64,000 bases of DNA from Acidimicrobiales bacterium (GTDB lineage: Bacteria; Actinomycetota; Acidimicrobiia; Acidimicrobiales; MedAcidi-G1): positions 30,391 through 94,390 of the forward strand of contig JAAZZG010000005.1 in the NCBI GenBank assembly GCA_014237715.1, read 5' to 3'. Under the pieces are notes generated by a model. The model was not told the origin of the DNA. It did not search any database and saw only the letters and a program-made list of their open reading frames with translations. The position numbers and the translations under genes were made by a program. Position 1 is the first letter of the stretch; each line of letters begins with the position of its first letter. This document shows positions 52,226 to 60,675 of the stretch, one piece after another.

Positions 52226-54031
52226 GTGTGTGCCCTAACGTCCGGACCCCGTCGGGCGATCGGTCCGCGGAGGGCACCGGGGGGCACCGTGGGAACGTCA
52301 TGGATCATCGAGGGATCGGTCGATGACCGTTGGCCGATCAACACCCGGGGCAACGTCGGCGAGGTCTTCCCTGAGGTCCTTACCCCACTCTCGTACCGGC
52401 TGGGAGTGATCGCTGCGGAGAAGGCGTGGCGTGATGCCTATGCCGAACTCGGGGTGGCCGTGAAGGGTGACTTCGCTGGCGACGACCCGGTGATCATCGG
52501 CCTGTACGGCGGCTACGCCTACCTCAACCTCTCCTACCTCCGAATCCTCGGCGTCCGGGCTCCCGGTTCGTCGCCGGAGGCCATCGACGTGGCCTTCTTC
52601 GGTGAAGGCGATCCCCCACCTTACGAACCGAGGAAGGGCGACCGGAGTCTCCGCTCTACGCTCCGGATCCTGAAGTCGGTGATGGGCGCTCTGGGCACGA
52701 AGGCCATGCCGTCAATGGTGGCCGAGAGCTACGCCCTGGCCGACGCCCACCGGGAGGCCTGCCCGCCGCTCGACGCCTCCGACGAGGATCTGCTGGCCTA
52801 CCTCCACGCCTTTCCCGCGGCCTTCGGTCCGGCCTTCAAGAACCACATGCTCTCGTCAGCCCTCGCATCAATCGTGGCCGGCTTTCTAGCTGATGCCTGT
52901 GCAGCGGCCGGCGAACCGGGACTGGTCACCCACCTGCTTGGGTCGGCAGGTGACGTGAAGTCGGCCGAGTACGCCCGCGACCTGTACGCCATTGCCCGGA
53001 CGGTGCAGAACCAGCCCACGGTGGCCGCCGCCTTTGACGCCGGCGTGGCCGGGCTCCTTCAACGACTGGACAGTTCCCGGACCGGCGATTCCGACGTGGC
53101 TGACTTCCTCGGACGATTCGCCGACTTCGTGGCCGACCACGGACACCGCGGTCCCAACGACTGGGAACTCTCGTCGCGCAACTGGGAGAACACGCCGGAG
53201 ATGGCCCTCGTGGCCATCGACCGTATGCGTCTGGCCGACCACGACCTGGACCCGGCGGCCCGCCTGGCCGATGACGGGGAGCGCCGCGACGCGGCCATCG
53301 CCGTGGTCCGTCCCCACGTCAAGGGGCTGGACCGGAAGAATTTCGACAAGGCGTTGGCTGCCACCGCCTGGTGGGCCCAGGCCCGCGAAGCCACCCGGGA
53401 CCGGGCCATCCACATCGGCGCCCCCACCAAGCAGGTGTACCGCGAACTCGTCCGTCGGGCCGCCAAGCGTGGAGGCGACTCGAATCCGGTGCGAGTCGCC
53501 CTGCTGGATCCGATCGACGAGCTCCCCTCCTACCTGGCCGATCCGGGAGCGTTCACCGACCTGCTGGCCGAGCGGGGCGCCCTGTTCGACCGGTATGCGG
53601 CGGTCGAACCACGCTTCTTCATCACCAGCCAGGACGAGGTACCCACCATCGAGGAGCTCGAAGCCGATCAGGCCGCCCGAGCCGCCGACACCATCGCCGC
53701 TCCCGGTGACGTGCTCACCGGTGCATCGGGGTGCCAGGGCGTGGCCCGGGGCCGGGCCCGCATCGTGATGGATCCGGCCGACGCCCTCGACCTCGAGCCG
53801 GGCGAGGTTCTGGTGGCCCCCATTACCGACCCGGCGTGGACTCCGCTGTTCCTGCCGTCGGCCGCCGTGGTAGTCGACGTGGGGGCGCTCATGAGCCACG
53901 CAGTAATCGTGTCGCGTGAACTGGGCATCCCGTGCGTGGTGTCCGTCGAAGGCGCCACCCGACGGATCCCTGACGGGGCGCTGGTCGAAGTGGATGGCAC
54001 TGCCGGAACGGTCACCGTGCTCGACGACTAA
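52226..54031 (+). CDS. PEP-utilising-enzyme mobile (swivelling His) domain protein without an N-terminal ATP-grasp domain
   Basis: 601 aa maximum; an internal GTG at 52286 is possible. The C-terminus GVARGRARIV...GEVLVAPITDPAWTPLF...GALMSHAVIVSRELGIPCVV is the PEP-utilisers mobile domain. I cannot see the GGKG-type ATP-grasp N-domain of PpsA/rifampin phosphotransferases. Confidence 0.7.
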   Translation: MCALTSGPRRAIGPRRAPGGTVGTSWIIEGSVDDRWPINTRGNVGEVFPEVLTPLSYRLGVIAAEKAWRDAYAELGVAVKGDFAGDDPVIIGLYGGYAYLNLSYLRILGVRAPGSSPEAIDVAFFGEGDPPPYEPRKGDRSLRSTLRILKSVMGALGTKAMPSMVAESYALADAHREACPPLDASDEDLLAYLHAFPAAFGPAFKNHMLSSALASIVAGFLADACAAAGEPGLVTHLLGSAGDVKSAEYARDLYAIARTVQNQPTVAAAFDAGVAGLLQRLDSSRTGDSDVADFLGRFADFVADHGHRGPNDWELSSRNWENTPEMALVAIDRMRLADHDLDPAARLADDGERRDAAIAVVRPHVKGLDRKNFDKALAATAWWAQAREATRDRAIHIGAPTKQVYRELVRRAAKRGGDSNPVRVALLDPIDELPSYLADPGAFTDLLAERGALFDRYAAVEPRFFITSQDEVPTIEELEADQAARAADTIAAPGDVLTGASGCQGVARGRARIVMDPADALDLEPGEVLVAPITDPAWTPLFLPSAAVVVDVGALMSHAVIVSRELGIPCVVSVEGATRRIPDGALVEVDGTAGTVTVLDD

Positions 54032-54040
54032 CCCGGTCCG

Positions 54041-54685
54041 TCAGCCGGTGACGCCAATCGGGCAGGACACGCCGGTGCCACCGAGACCGCAGTAGCCCAT
54101 GGGGTTCTTGGCTAGGTACTGCTGGTGGTATTCCTCGGCGTAGAAGAACTCGGATCGATCCACGATCCCGGTGACGATCTCGTCGTAGCCCGCCTCGGCC
54201 AACCGGGGAGCAAAGTCATTGCGGGTGGCCTCCGCGGTGGCCCGTTGGACGGTGTCGGCCACGTGAATCTCGGACCGGTACTGGGTGCCCACATCGTTGC
54301 CCTGTCGCATCAACTGGGTCGGATCGTGGTTCTCCCAGAACACCCGGAGCACACTGGTTAGGTCGATCGCCGTGGTCTCCCACGCCACCAGCACGACCTC
54401 GTTGTGCCCGGTGTAACCCGAGCAGACCTCTTCGTAGGTGGGATTGGGGGTGTGGCCGCCGGCGTAACCCACCGCGGTGGTCCACACGCCGGGCGTGTCC
54501 CAGAACATGCGCTCAGCGCCCCAGAAGCAGCCCATTCCCACGATGACAGTCTCGATACCGTCGACGAACGGACCGACCAGGGGTCGCCCGTTCACGAAGT
54601 GGGCGGCTGGGACGGCCATGGCATCGGGCCGACCGGGCAGCGCGTCGGCTGGATCCGGAACGGAGAGTGGCTTGTGTCCAAACAT
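54041..54685 (-). CDS. msrA: Peptide-methionine (S)-S-oxide reductase
   Basis: 214 aa. GMGCFWGAE active site. Confidence 0.9.
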   Translation of the reverse strand: MFGHKPLSVPDPADALPGRPDAMAVPAAHFVNGRPLVGPFVDGIETVIVGMGCFWGAERMFWDTPGVWTTAVGYAGGHTPNPTYEEVCSGYTGHNEVVLVAWETTAIDLTSVLRVFWENHDPTQLMRQGNDVGTQYRSEIHVADTVQRATAEATRNDFAPRLAEAGYDEIVTGIVDRSEFFYAEEYHQQYLAKNPMGYCGLGGTGVSCPIGVTG

Positions 54686-54742
54686 GGCGTGATCCTAGGA
54701 CGGGCCCGGATCGACTCGAACCAAATCCGCTCCGACTCCCGG

Positions 54743-55561
54743 TCAGATGGTGAAGGCCAGACGGGTGGCCATTTGGATTCCCAGATCGACGTCGCCACCC
54801 ACCGTCACCCGACCGTCGTCCAGTAGCGGCTGCGGATCGATCCGACCACCGGTGAGCGACAACCAGTCGTGCGACGACATGGCCAGGGTCACCGTCGGTT
54901 CGCCTTCCAGTTCGTCGACCACCGCCGCCCGTCCATCGACGACCACCCGAATGGTGGCCTCGACCGGTCCGGTGAGGGTCACCTCGACCCGGCTCCCGTC
55001 GGGCGCTCCGGCCTTCTTGCCGATGACGAACCCGGCCGCAGTACTCACCTCGGCCACCGACATCTCGGCCGGCCGACCGGCAGTCCCCTGCGGGTGACCC
55101 AACGGCGCACGACAGTCCTCGAGGTGGAGCCACGAGTCGTAGACCCGGACGTGCATGAATCGTAGGTACGGCACCTCGCCCACCGGCGACCAGCCGACCT
55201 TCAGGATCTCCTCGTCGGGCATGGCGTTCAGCTGGTCGAGCCGTTCGGTCGAGATGGTCCGGAAGGCGTCCAGCACCTCGGCACCCGACATCGACCGCAT
55301 CGATTCCACCCACTGTTCGTTGCCCGCCGCGATGGTGTTCTTGAGATGCTCGGTCGGGAACTCGACCTCGGGAGCCTGCTCGCCCCGGAGCATCCGCTCG
55401 GTTCCGATGATATGGGCCAGGTTGTCCTGGACGGTCCAGCCAGGACACCGACTGGGCGTGGCCCAGTCGTCGATCGACAAGCCGTCCGCCCAGTCGATCC
55501 ACTCGTTCCAGATTTCGGCGAGTCCGCCGAGAATGTGGTCGCGGTCCAGCGTGATGTCCAT
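54743..55561 (-). CDS. Mycothiol-dependent maleylpyruvate isomerase-family (DinB-like) protein with a C-terminal SCP2-like region
   Basis: 272 aa. SRCPGWTVQDNLAHIIGTE is the MDMPI_N pattern. Confidence 0.6.
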   Translation of the reverse strand: MDITLDRDHILGGLAEIWNEWIDWADGLSIDDWATPSRCPGWTVQDNLAHIIGTERMLRGEQAPEVEFPTEHLKNTIAAGNEQWVESMRSMSGAEVLDAFRTISTERLDQLNAMPDEEILKVGWSPVGEVPYLRFMHVRVYDSWLHLEDCRAPLGHPQGTAGRPAEMSVAEVSTAAGFVIGKKAGAPDGSRVEVTLTGPVEATIRVVVDGRAAVVDELEGEPTVTLAMSSHDWLSLTGGRIDPQPLLDDGRVTVGGDVDLGIQMATRLAFTI

Positions 55562-55622
55562 GGAATCTCCGTTCGGGGGGTCGTTCGTCGAGCGTTCGGG
55601 TCTGGTCAGGACGTGAGGTTGA

Positions 55623-56315
55623 TCAGGGGGTCGGGTTGGCCACGGACTGCCACTCCCGAGCGTCGAGGTAGGGCTTGAACACCTCGCCGACCGCGTGCAG
55701 GTCGGCCGGGGTCTTGGGGCGCTGCAACTCGTAGAGGTGAGGGAACTCGAGCCATCCCAGCACTAGGTCCCAGAGTCGCTCGGCAGCCTCGCCGGTCGGT
55801 GGTTCGATGAGGACCGGGCCAAACAGCTTGCGGGAGTCGTCGGCATCGGCACCTGGGAACACCAACGTCGGCACCCCCCAACCACCCATGCCCAGCACAC
55901 GATCATGATCAGCTCGGACGTCGTCGTGGGTGGTCTCATCAGCCAACGCGGCATCCACGTAGCCGGGATCGAGGTCCATCTCGACGAGCAGCTCGCGGGC
56001 TACTTCGGGACGGTGGGGCTTGCGGCCCTCGACGTGCAGGGCAGTGCCCGATCGGAGGTACCAGGCGTCGTTCAGCGCCGGGTCCTCACGCTTGAGCAGG
56101 GCGCCGATCCGCATCATCGACCAGCCGTAGGACCACTCCCGTTCCCACGGATGCTTCTTCCCCTCGGCCCGGTTGACCTCCTCGAGGCTGAAGAACCGCC
56201 AGTCCACGTCGAGTTCGAGCCGGTCGCGGACCTCGCGCATCCACAGCGAGGTCTGGTAGGCCCACGGACAGATCACGTCGAAGTGGAAGTCGACCCGCAT
56301 CGGTTGTTCATCCAT
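55623..56315 (-). CDS. DsbA-like thioredoxin-fold protein (HCCA-isomerase/DsbA family)
   Basis: 230 aa. VDFHFDVICPWAY N-terminal single-Cys CPWA motif. No signal peptide. Confidence 0.65.
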   Translation of the reverse strand: MDEQPMRVDFHFDVICPWAYQTSLWMREVRDRLELDVDWRFFSLEEVNRAEGKKHPWEREWSYGWSMMRIGALLKREDPALNDAWYLRSGTALHVEGRKPHRPEVARELLVEMDLDPGYVDAALADETTHDDVRADHDRVLGMGGWGVPTLVFPGADADDSRKLFGPVLIEPPTGEAAERLWDLVLGWLEFPHLYELQRPKTPADLHAVGEVFKPYLDAREWQSVANPTP

Positions 56316-56348
56316 GACCAGAGCCTCGCGCAGACTCGTAGCGAGGGG

Positions 56349-57908
56349 TCAGTCGGGGACGCGAAGCTCATGACGGGTCACCTTGCCCAGGGCGTTGCGG
56401 GGTATGGCATCGATGGCCACCACCCGCCGGGGCAGCTTGTACGCCGCCAGGTGGTCCTGGGCGAAGGCCCGCAACTCATCGACTCCGGGGCAGTCGTGTC
56501 CGTCGGCCACCACGATCCACGCCACCACCTCCTCGCCCCACTCGGGCGAGGGAACGCCAGCCACCGCCACCTCGGCCACCGCCTGGTGAAGAATCAGGGC
56601 GTCATCGACCTCCCGGGGATAGACGTTGAAGCCACCGCTGATGATGAGCTCCTTGGCCCGTCCGACAATGGCCAGGTATCCGTCGTCGACCGCGCCCAGG
56701 TCGCCGGTCCGGAACCACGGGTCGCCACCGTCCGGATCGACCACGAACGCCTCGGCCGTGGCCTCAGGTCGCTCCCAGTAGCCGGCGAACACGTTGGGTC
56801 CCCGGACGAGGATCTCGCCGACCGGCCCGTCGGACCCGTCGGCCAGCCGAACGTCCACTCCGGGCAGCGGGATGCCCACCGCTCCCGGACGTCGATCATC
56901 GTCAAACGGGTTGGAGACCAGCATCACCGTCTCGGTCATGCCGTAACGCTCCAGGACCGAAACGCCGGCCCGTTCGGCCAAACGAACGTGGAGTTCGGCA
57001 GCCAGCGGCGCAGAACCGGCCACGCAGAGGCGAAGGCCTCCGAGGAGGTCGACCCGATTGTGGTCGGCCAGGCGGTGGTACATGGTCGGCACGCCGAAGA
57101 ACATCGTGGCGTCATGGACGTCGAGGGCGTCCAGCACGTCGTCGGGGGCGAACCCCGACTGCAAAACCGCTGAGGCCCCGGCCAGCAGGGTCCCGTGGAG
57201 GCCCACACCGAGTCCGTGCATATGGAACAACGGCAAACACAGGACGAGCCGGTCGACTTCGGTCCAACGCCAGGCCACGCGAACCGACTGGGCGCCGGCC
57301 AACAGGTTGGCCTGGGTCAGGACCGCGCCCTTGGGGCGCCCCGTGGTTCCCGACGTATACCCGATGATCGCCGGATCACCGGGTAGCGAGACATCCAGAA
57401 GTGCTGCCGTCCCGTCATCGACGGGCACGTCCGGGAACGGATCGACTAACTGCGCTACCAGCAGGTCGGGATCCAGCCCGGCCAGCAGTTCGGCCCAACC
57501 GTCATGGCCGACCAGCGCTGCCCGGGGAGTGCAGTCGGCGATCACGTGGGCCAGTTCAGCCTCGCGGTAGGACCCATTGGTCGGCACCACGACCAGGCCG
57601 AGCCGCAGACAAGCCACGTGGGCCACGGCCAGGTCGACGGTCGACGGTCCCGAGAGCAGCAGCCGCTCGCCGCCCACCAGACCCGCCCCGGCCAGACGGG
57701 CCGCCAGGCGTTCGGTGCGATCCAGGAACTCGCCTCTGGCCACCCACCGGGCCGGACCGCCGCCGATCGAACCCCACAACAGCGGACGGTCCGGTTCCGC
57801 ACCGAGGGCCGCGGTCCACGCCCCGGCCAGCGTGCCGGGGTGAGGGAGGTCGAATCCGTCCGGAGCCCCGACCGGCAGGTGTGCACTCCAGTGCCGGAGA
57901 TCATTCAT
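56349..57908 (-). CDS. AMP-dependent acyl-CoA synthetase/ligase
   Basis: 519 aa. YTSGTTGRPKG AMP-binding motif, with later GDLG and GKV blocks. Confidence 0.85.
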   Translation of the reverse strand: MNDLRHWSAHLPVGAPDGFDLPHPGTLAGAWTAALGAEPDRPLLWGSIGGGPARWVARGEFLDRTERLAARLAGAGLVGGERLLLSGPSTVDLAVAHVACLRLGLVVVPTNGSYREAELAHVIADCTPRAALVGHDGWAELLAGLDPDLLVAQLVDPFPDVPVDDGTAALLDVSLPGDPAIIGYTSGTTGRPKGAVLTQANLLAGAQSVRVAWRWTEVDRLVLCLPLFHMHGLGVGLHGTLLAGASAVLQSGFAPDDVLDALDVHDATMFFGVPTMYHRLADHNRVDLLGGLRLCVAGSAPLAAELHVRLAERAGVSVLERYGMTETVMLVSNPFDDDRRPGAVGIPLPGVDVRLADGSDGPVGEILVRGPNVFAGYWERPEATAEAFVVDPDGGDPWFRTGDLGAVDDGYLAIVGRAKELIISGGFNVYPREVDDALILHQAVAEVAVAGVPSPEWGEEVVAWIVVADGHDCPGVDELRAFAQDHLAAYKLPRRVVAIDAIPRNALGKVTRHELRVPD

Positions 57909-57977
57909 CGTCCGGACCGTACCGTCGACGCCGGGGCTGGCCGGATTCGGGAGGGCGACTTGACCAGAGATACCGGT

Positions 57978-58007
57978 TGATCCATACTAATGACATCCAT
58001 TAGATCA
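57978..58007. promoter_or_regulatory. AT-rich nested inverted repeats (candidate operator) in the ligase/LLM divergent promoter
   Basis: TGATCCATACTAATGACATCCATTAGATCA. Inner arms CTAATG (57987-57992) and CATTAG (57998-58003). Outer arms TGATC and GATCA. ATCCAT occurs twice. It lies 18 nt upstream of the LLM ATG (58025) and is the most AT-rich stretch in this part of the window. Confidence 0.4.
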
Positions 58008-58024
58008 CCACGGAGAGCAACTTC

Positions 58025-59236
58025 ATGGAATTCGGCATCTTCAGCAACGGCTACACCCCGGGCCCCGCTGCTCACGACTCGGAAAGCGAGCACACCGAAC
58101 TGATGCGGGAGGCCGAGTACGCCATCCTCGCCGACAAGCACAATTGGAAGTACATCTGGTTCGGTGAACACCACGGCCTAGTCGAGTACAGCCACATGTC
58201 GGCCCCCGCCCCGATGATGGGCTGGGTAGCCGCCCAGACCGACTACATCCACATCGGGTCGGCCATCACCAGTCTCCCGACCAAGAAGGAGCACCCGGTC
58301 CGAATCGCCGAGCGGGCCGCCATGCTCGACCACGTCACGAACAACCGGTTCGAGTTCGGTACTGGCCGGGGGGCCGGAAGCCACGAGCTCCGGACCTTCA
58401 ACGTGATGGACCCGAGCGAGACCAAGGCCCAGTGGGACGAGGTCATCCGCGAGATCCCGCGCATGTGGGAGCAGAAGGACTACGACTTCGACGGCGAGTT
58501 CTTCACCGTGCCAACCCCGCACAACATCCTCCCCAAGCCCTACGGACCCGGCCATCCACCCCTCTGGGTGGCGTGCGGCAACCCGCCGACCTTCGCCAAG
58601 GCCGGCTCGATGGGCATCGGTGCCATCGCCTTCAACTTCGAACCCATCCACAACCTCAAAGGCCGGGTCGACGCCTACAAGGAGGCCATCCAGGACCCGA
58701 TCGACCAGATCGGCCAGTACAAGAACGACAACATCATGATGACCAACGCCTGCATCTGCCTGGAGGACCGCGACGAAGCTCGGGCCGTGGCCATGGCCAA
58801 GGGTCGCGGCTACCTGGTGACCATGGTCAACATGTACCACGACACCATGCCCAAGTCGCCCGACGCCATCGTCTGGCCCAACGCACCCATAGATCCAGGC
58901 TGGACTGAGGAACTCCTCGACATGGCCATCGACGGTGGCTACATGCTCTGCGGCAACCCCGAGGAGGTCTGCGAGCAACTCAACCGCTACAGGGATGTGG
59001 GCTGCGACCAGGTGGTGTTCGGCCTGCCCACCGAGGGCCTCACCCACGACCAGACCCTCGAAATGATCGAGCTGTTCGGCGACCAGGTCATCCCCGAGCA
59101 CGACGGCGACCAGGTCCACTCCACTGACCGCTACCGGGCCACCGCCGAGCGTCAGTTCCCCGACTTTGGTTACCCGGTGCCCGAGGACATTGACGTGTCG
59201 ATCATCCCGACCACCGCCCTGCTCCCCCTGGACTGA
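58025..59236 (+). CDS. LLM-class flavin-dependent monooxygenase (LuxA/LimB-like, 403 aa)
   Basis: MEFGIFSNGYTPGP...YIWFGEHH N-terminus typical of luciferase-like monooxygenases. GGAGAG SD 7 nt upstream. Confidence 0.8.
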   Translation: MEFGIFSNGYTPGPAAHDSESEHTELMREAEYAILADKHNWKYIWFGEHHGLVEYSHMSAPAPMMGWVAAQTDYIHIGSAITSLPTKKEHPVRIAERAAMLDHVTNNRFEFGTGRGAGSHELRTFNVMDPSETKAQWDEVIREIPRMWEQKDYDFDGEFFTVPTPHNILPKPYGPGHPPLWVACGNPPTFAKAGSMGIGAIAFNFEPIHNLKGRVDAYKEAIQDPIDQIGQYKNDNIMMTNACICLEDRDEARAVAMAKGRGYLVTMVNMYHDTMPKSPDAIVWPNAPIDPGWTEELLDMAIDGGYMLCGNPEEVCEQLNRYRDVGCDQVVFGLPTEGLTHDQTLEMIELFGDQVIPEHDGDQVHSTDRYRATAERQFPDFGYPVPEDIDVSIIPTTALLPLD

Positions 59237-59281
59237 CGCCCGAACCCGACCGGAACCCCCGAACCGGAAAACAGACGCGCC

Positions 59282-59908
59282 ATGGCCCGCGACGGCACCG
59301 AGACTCGGACCCGTCTTCTAATGGAGGCCGAGCGTCTCTTCGCCGAGGTGGGGGTCTGGCAGGCAGCCACTGGCGACATCGTCCGCTCCGCCGGCCAACG
59401 CAACGCCTCGGCGCTGACATATCACTTCGGATCACGCCAGGGGGCGCTCGACGCCATCCTCGCCGAGCACGGCAACCCGGTCGACCAGCGGCGGGGCGAG
59501 CTGCTGAGCAACCTTCAGGGGGCACCCACCACTGACACCCCCGCCGTGCGGGACCTGGTGTCGACCCTGGTGCGACCCATGACCGCCGTATTGGACGACC
59601 CACGGGGACGCCGCTACGTGCGGATCATCGCCCAACTCTCGGACCGCTTCCCGGCCTGGCGGGACGCCCCGCCGGGCGTTGACCAGACCCATCTGGAGAG
59701 GGCGTTGAACCTCTTGGAGGGGGTGGCCACCGGCGACGGACCGGCGGCACGCGAGGCCCGCCTGCTGGCCATGATCCAACTCATGACGGTGTCACTGGCC
59801 GCCCGGGCCGGCGAGATGGAACACCGACGGCCCCGCCTCGATTCCACAGCCTACGAGCGGCACCTAGTCGACGTCCTGACCGGTGTGCTCACCGCGCCCA
59901 GCACCTAA
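59282..59908 (+). CDS. TetR-family transcriptional regulator
   Basis: 208 aa. N-terminal HTH TRTRLLMEAERLFAEVGVWQATGDIVRSAGQRNASALTYHFGSRQGAL (approximate reading). Confidence 0.85.
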   Translation: MARDGTETRTRLLMEAERLFAEVGVWQAATGDIVRSAGQRNASALTYHFGSRQGALDAILAEHGNPVDQRRGELLSNLQGAPTTDTPAVRDLVSTLVRPMTAVLDDPRGRRYVRIIAQLSDRFPAWRDAPPGVDQTHLERALNLLEGVATGDGPAAREARLLAMIQLMTVSLAARAGEMEHRRPRLDSTAYERHLVDVLTGVLTAPST

Positions 59909-59940
59909 ACCGCTCCACGTGTCCGGTACCGTCGCCCGCC

Positions 59941-60651
59941 GTGCACGTCATCCTCGTCCGACACGGACGCCCCGAGATCGTCGTCGACTCCCCCACCATT
60001 GCCGACCCCAGTCTGGACGAAATCGGTCGATGGCAGGCCGAACGCCTCACCGCGTGGCTGGCGTGCGAGGAAATTGACGCGGTGATCACCAGCCCCAAGG
60101 CCCGAGCCATCCAGACGGCGGCCGGGACGGTCGAGGGGTTCGGTCTTACCCCCCGGGTCGTCAACGGCCTCGACGAAATCGACCGCGGTGCCCACACCTA
60201 CCTACCCACCGAACTGCTGCCCACCCAGGGCGGCGCGTACTGGGACCAGATCTGCGAGAAGCGGTACGACGAGATCGGGTGGGACTCCCCCGAGGCGTTC
60301 CGCGACCGGGTGGTGGCCACCTGGGACGACCTCTGCCGCAATCCGCCGGGCGAACGGGTGCTGGTGGCCTGCCATGGCGGGACGATCCGTACCATCCTCG
60401 CCCATGTAGCCGGCAATGACGGCGCCGGCTTTCGCCTCGACTACACGTCAATCAGCCGGGTCGAGGTCACGCCTCCGGGCGGCGACCCCTCCGGCGAGGA
60501 CGGCCCCACCGACCCGTACTGCTCGGTGGCCAGCGCCAACGAGGTCGCCCATTTCGACGCGGAGCGCACCGCAGTGGTGGGCGCCTTCCGGGGCGCCGAA
60601 CGCCCGGGCACCACCTTCAACCGTCGGCCACTGTCCGCTCCCACTTCCTGA
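59941..60651 (+). CDS. Histidine phosphatase (phosphoglycerate-mutase-like) family protein
   Basis: 236 aa, GTG start. VILVRHGRPE RHG motif and later ACHGGTIR. Confidence 0.8.
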   Translation: MHVILVRHGRPEIVVDSPTIADPSLDEIGRWQAERLTAWLACEEIDAVITSPKARAIQTAAGTVEGFGLTPRVVNGLDEIDRGAHTYLPTELLPTQGGAYWDQICEKRYDEIGWDSPEAFRDRVVATWDDLCRNPPGERVLVACHGGTIRTILAHVAGNDGAGFRLDYTSISRVEVTPPGGDPSGEDGPTDPYCSVASANEVAHFDAERTAVVGAFRGAERPGTTFNRRPLSAPTS

Positions 60652-60675
60652 ACAGCAACCGGGTAGGAGCTTTCC

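Noticed and set aside
54706-54725. Second TCGAAC hexamer (…GACTCGAACCAAATCCG…) upstream of msrA as a possible SOS box
   Set aside because: Only one half-site is present. The downstream half (TCCGCT) is not GTTCGA-like, so it is not a LexA operator.
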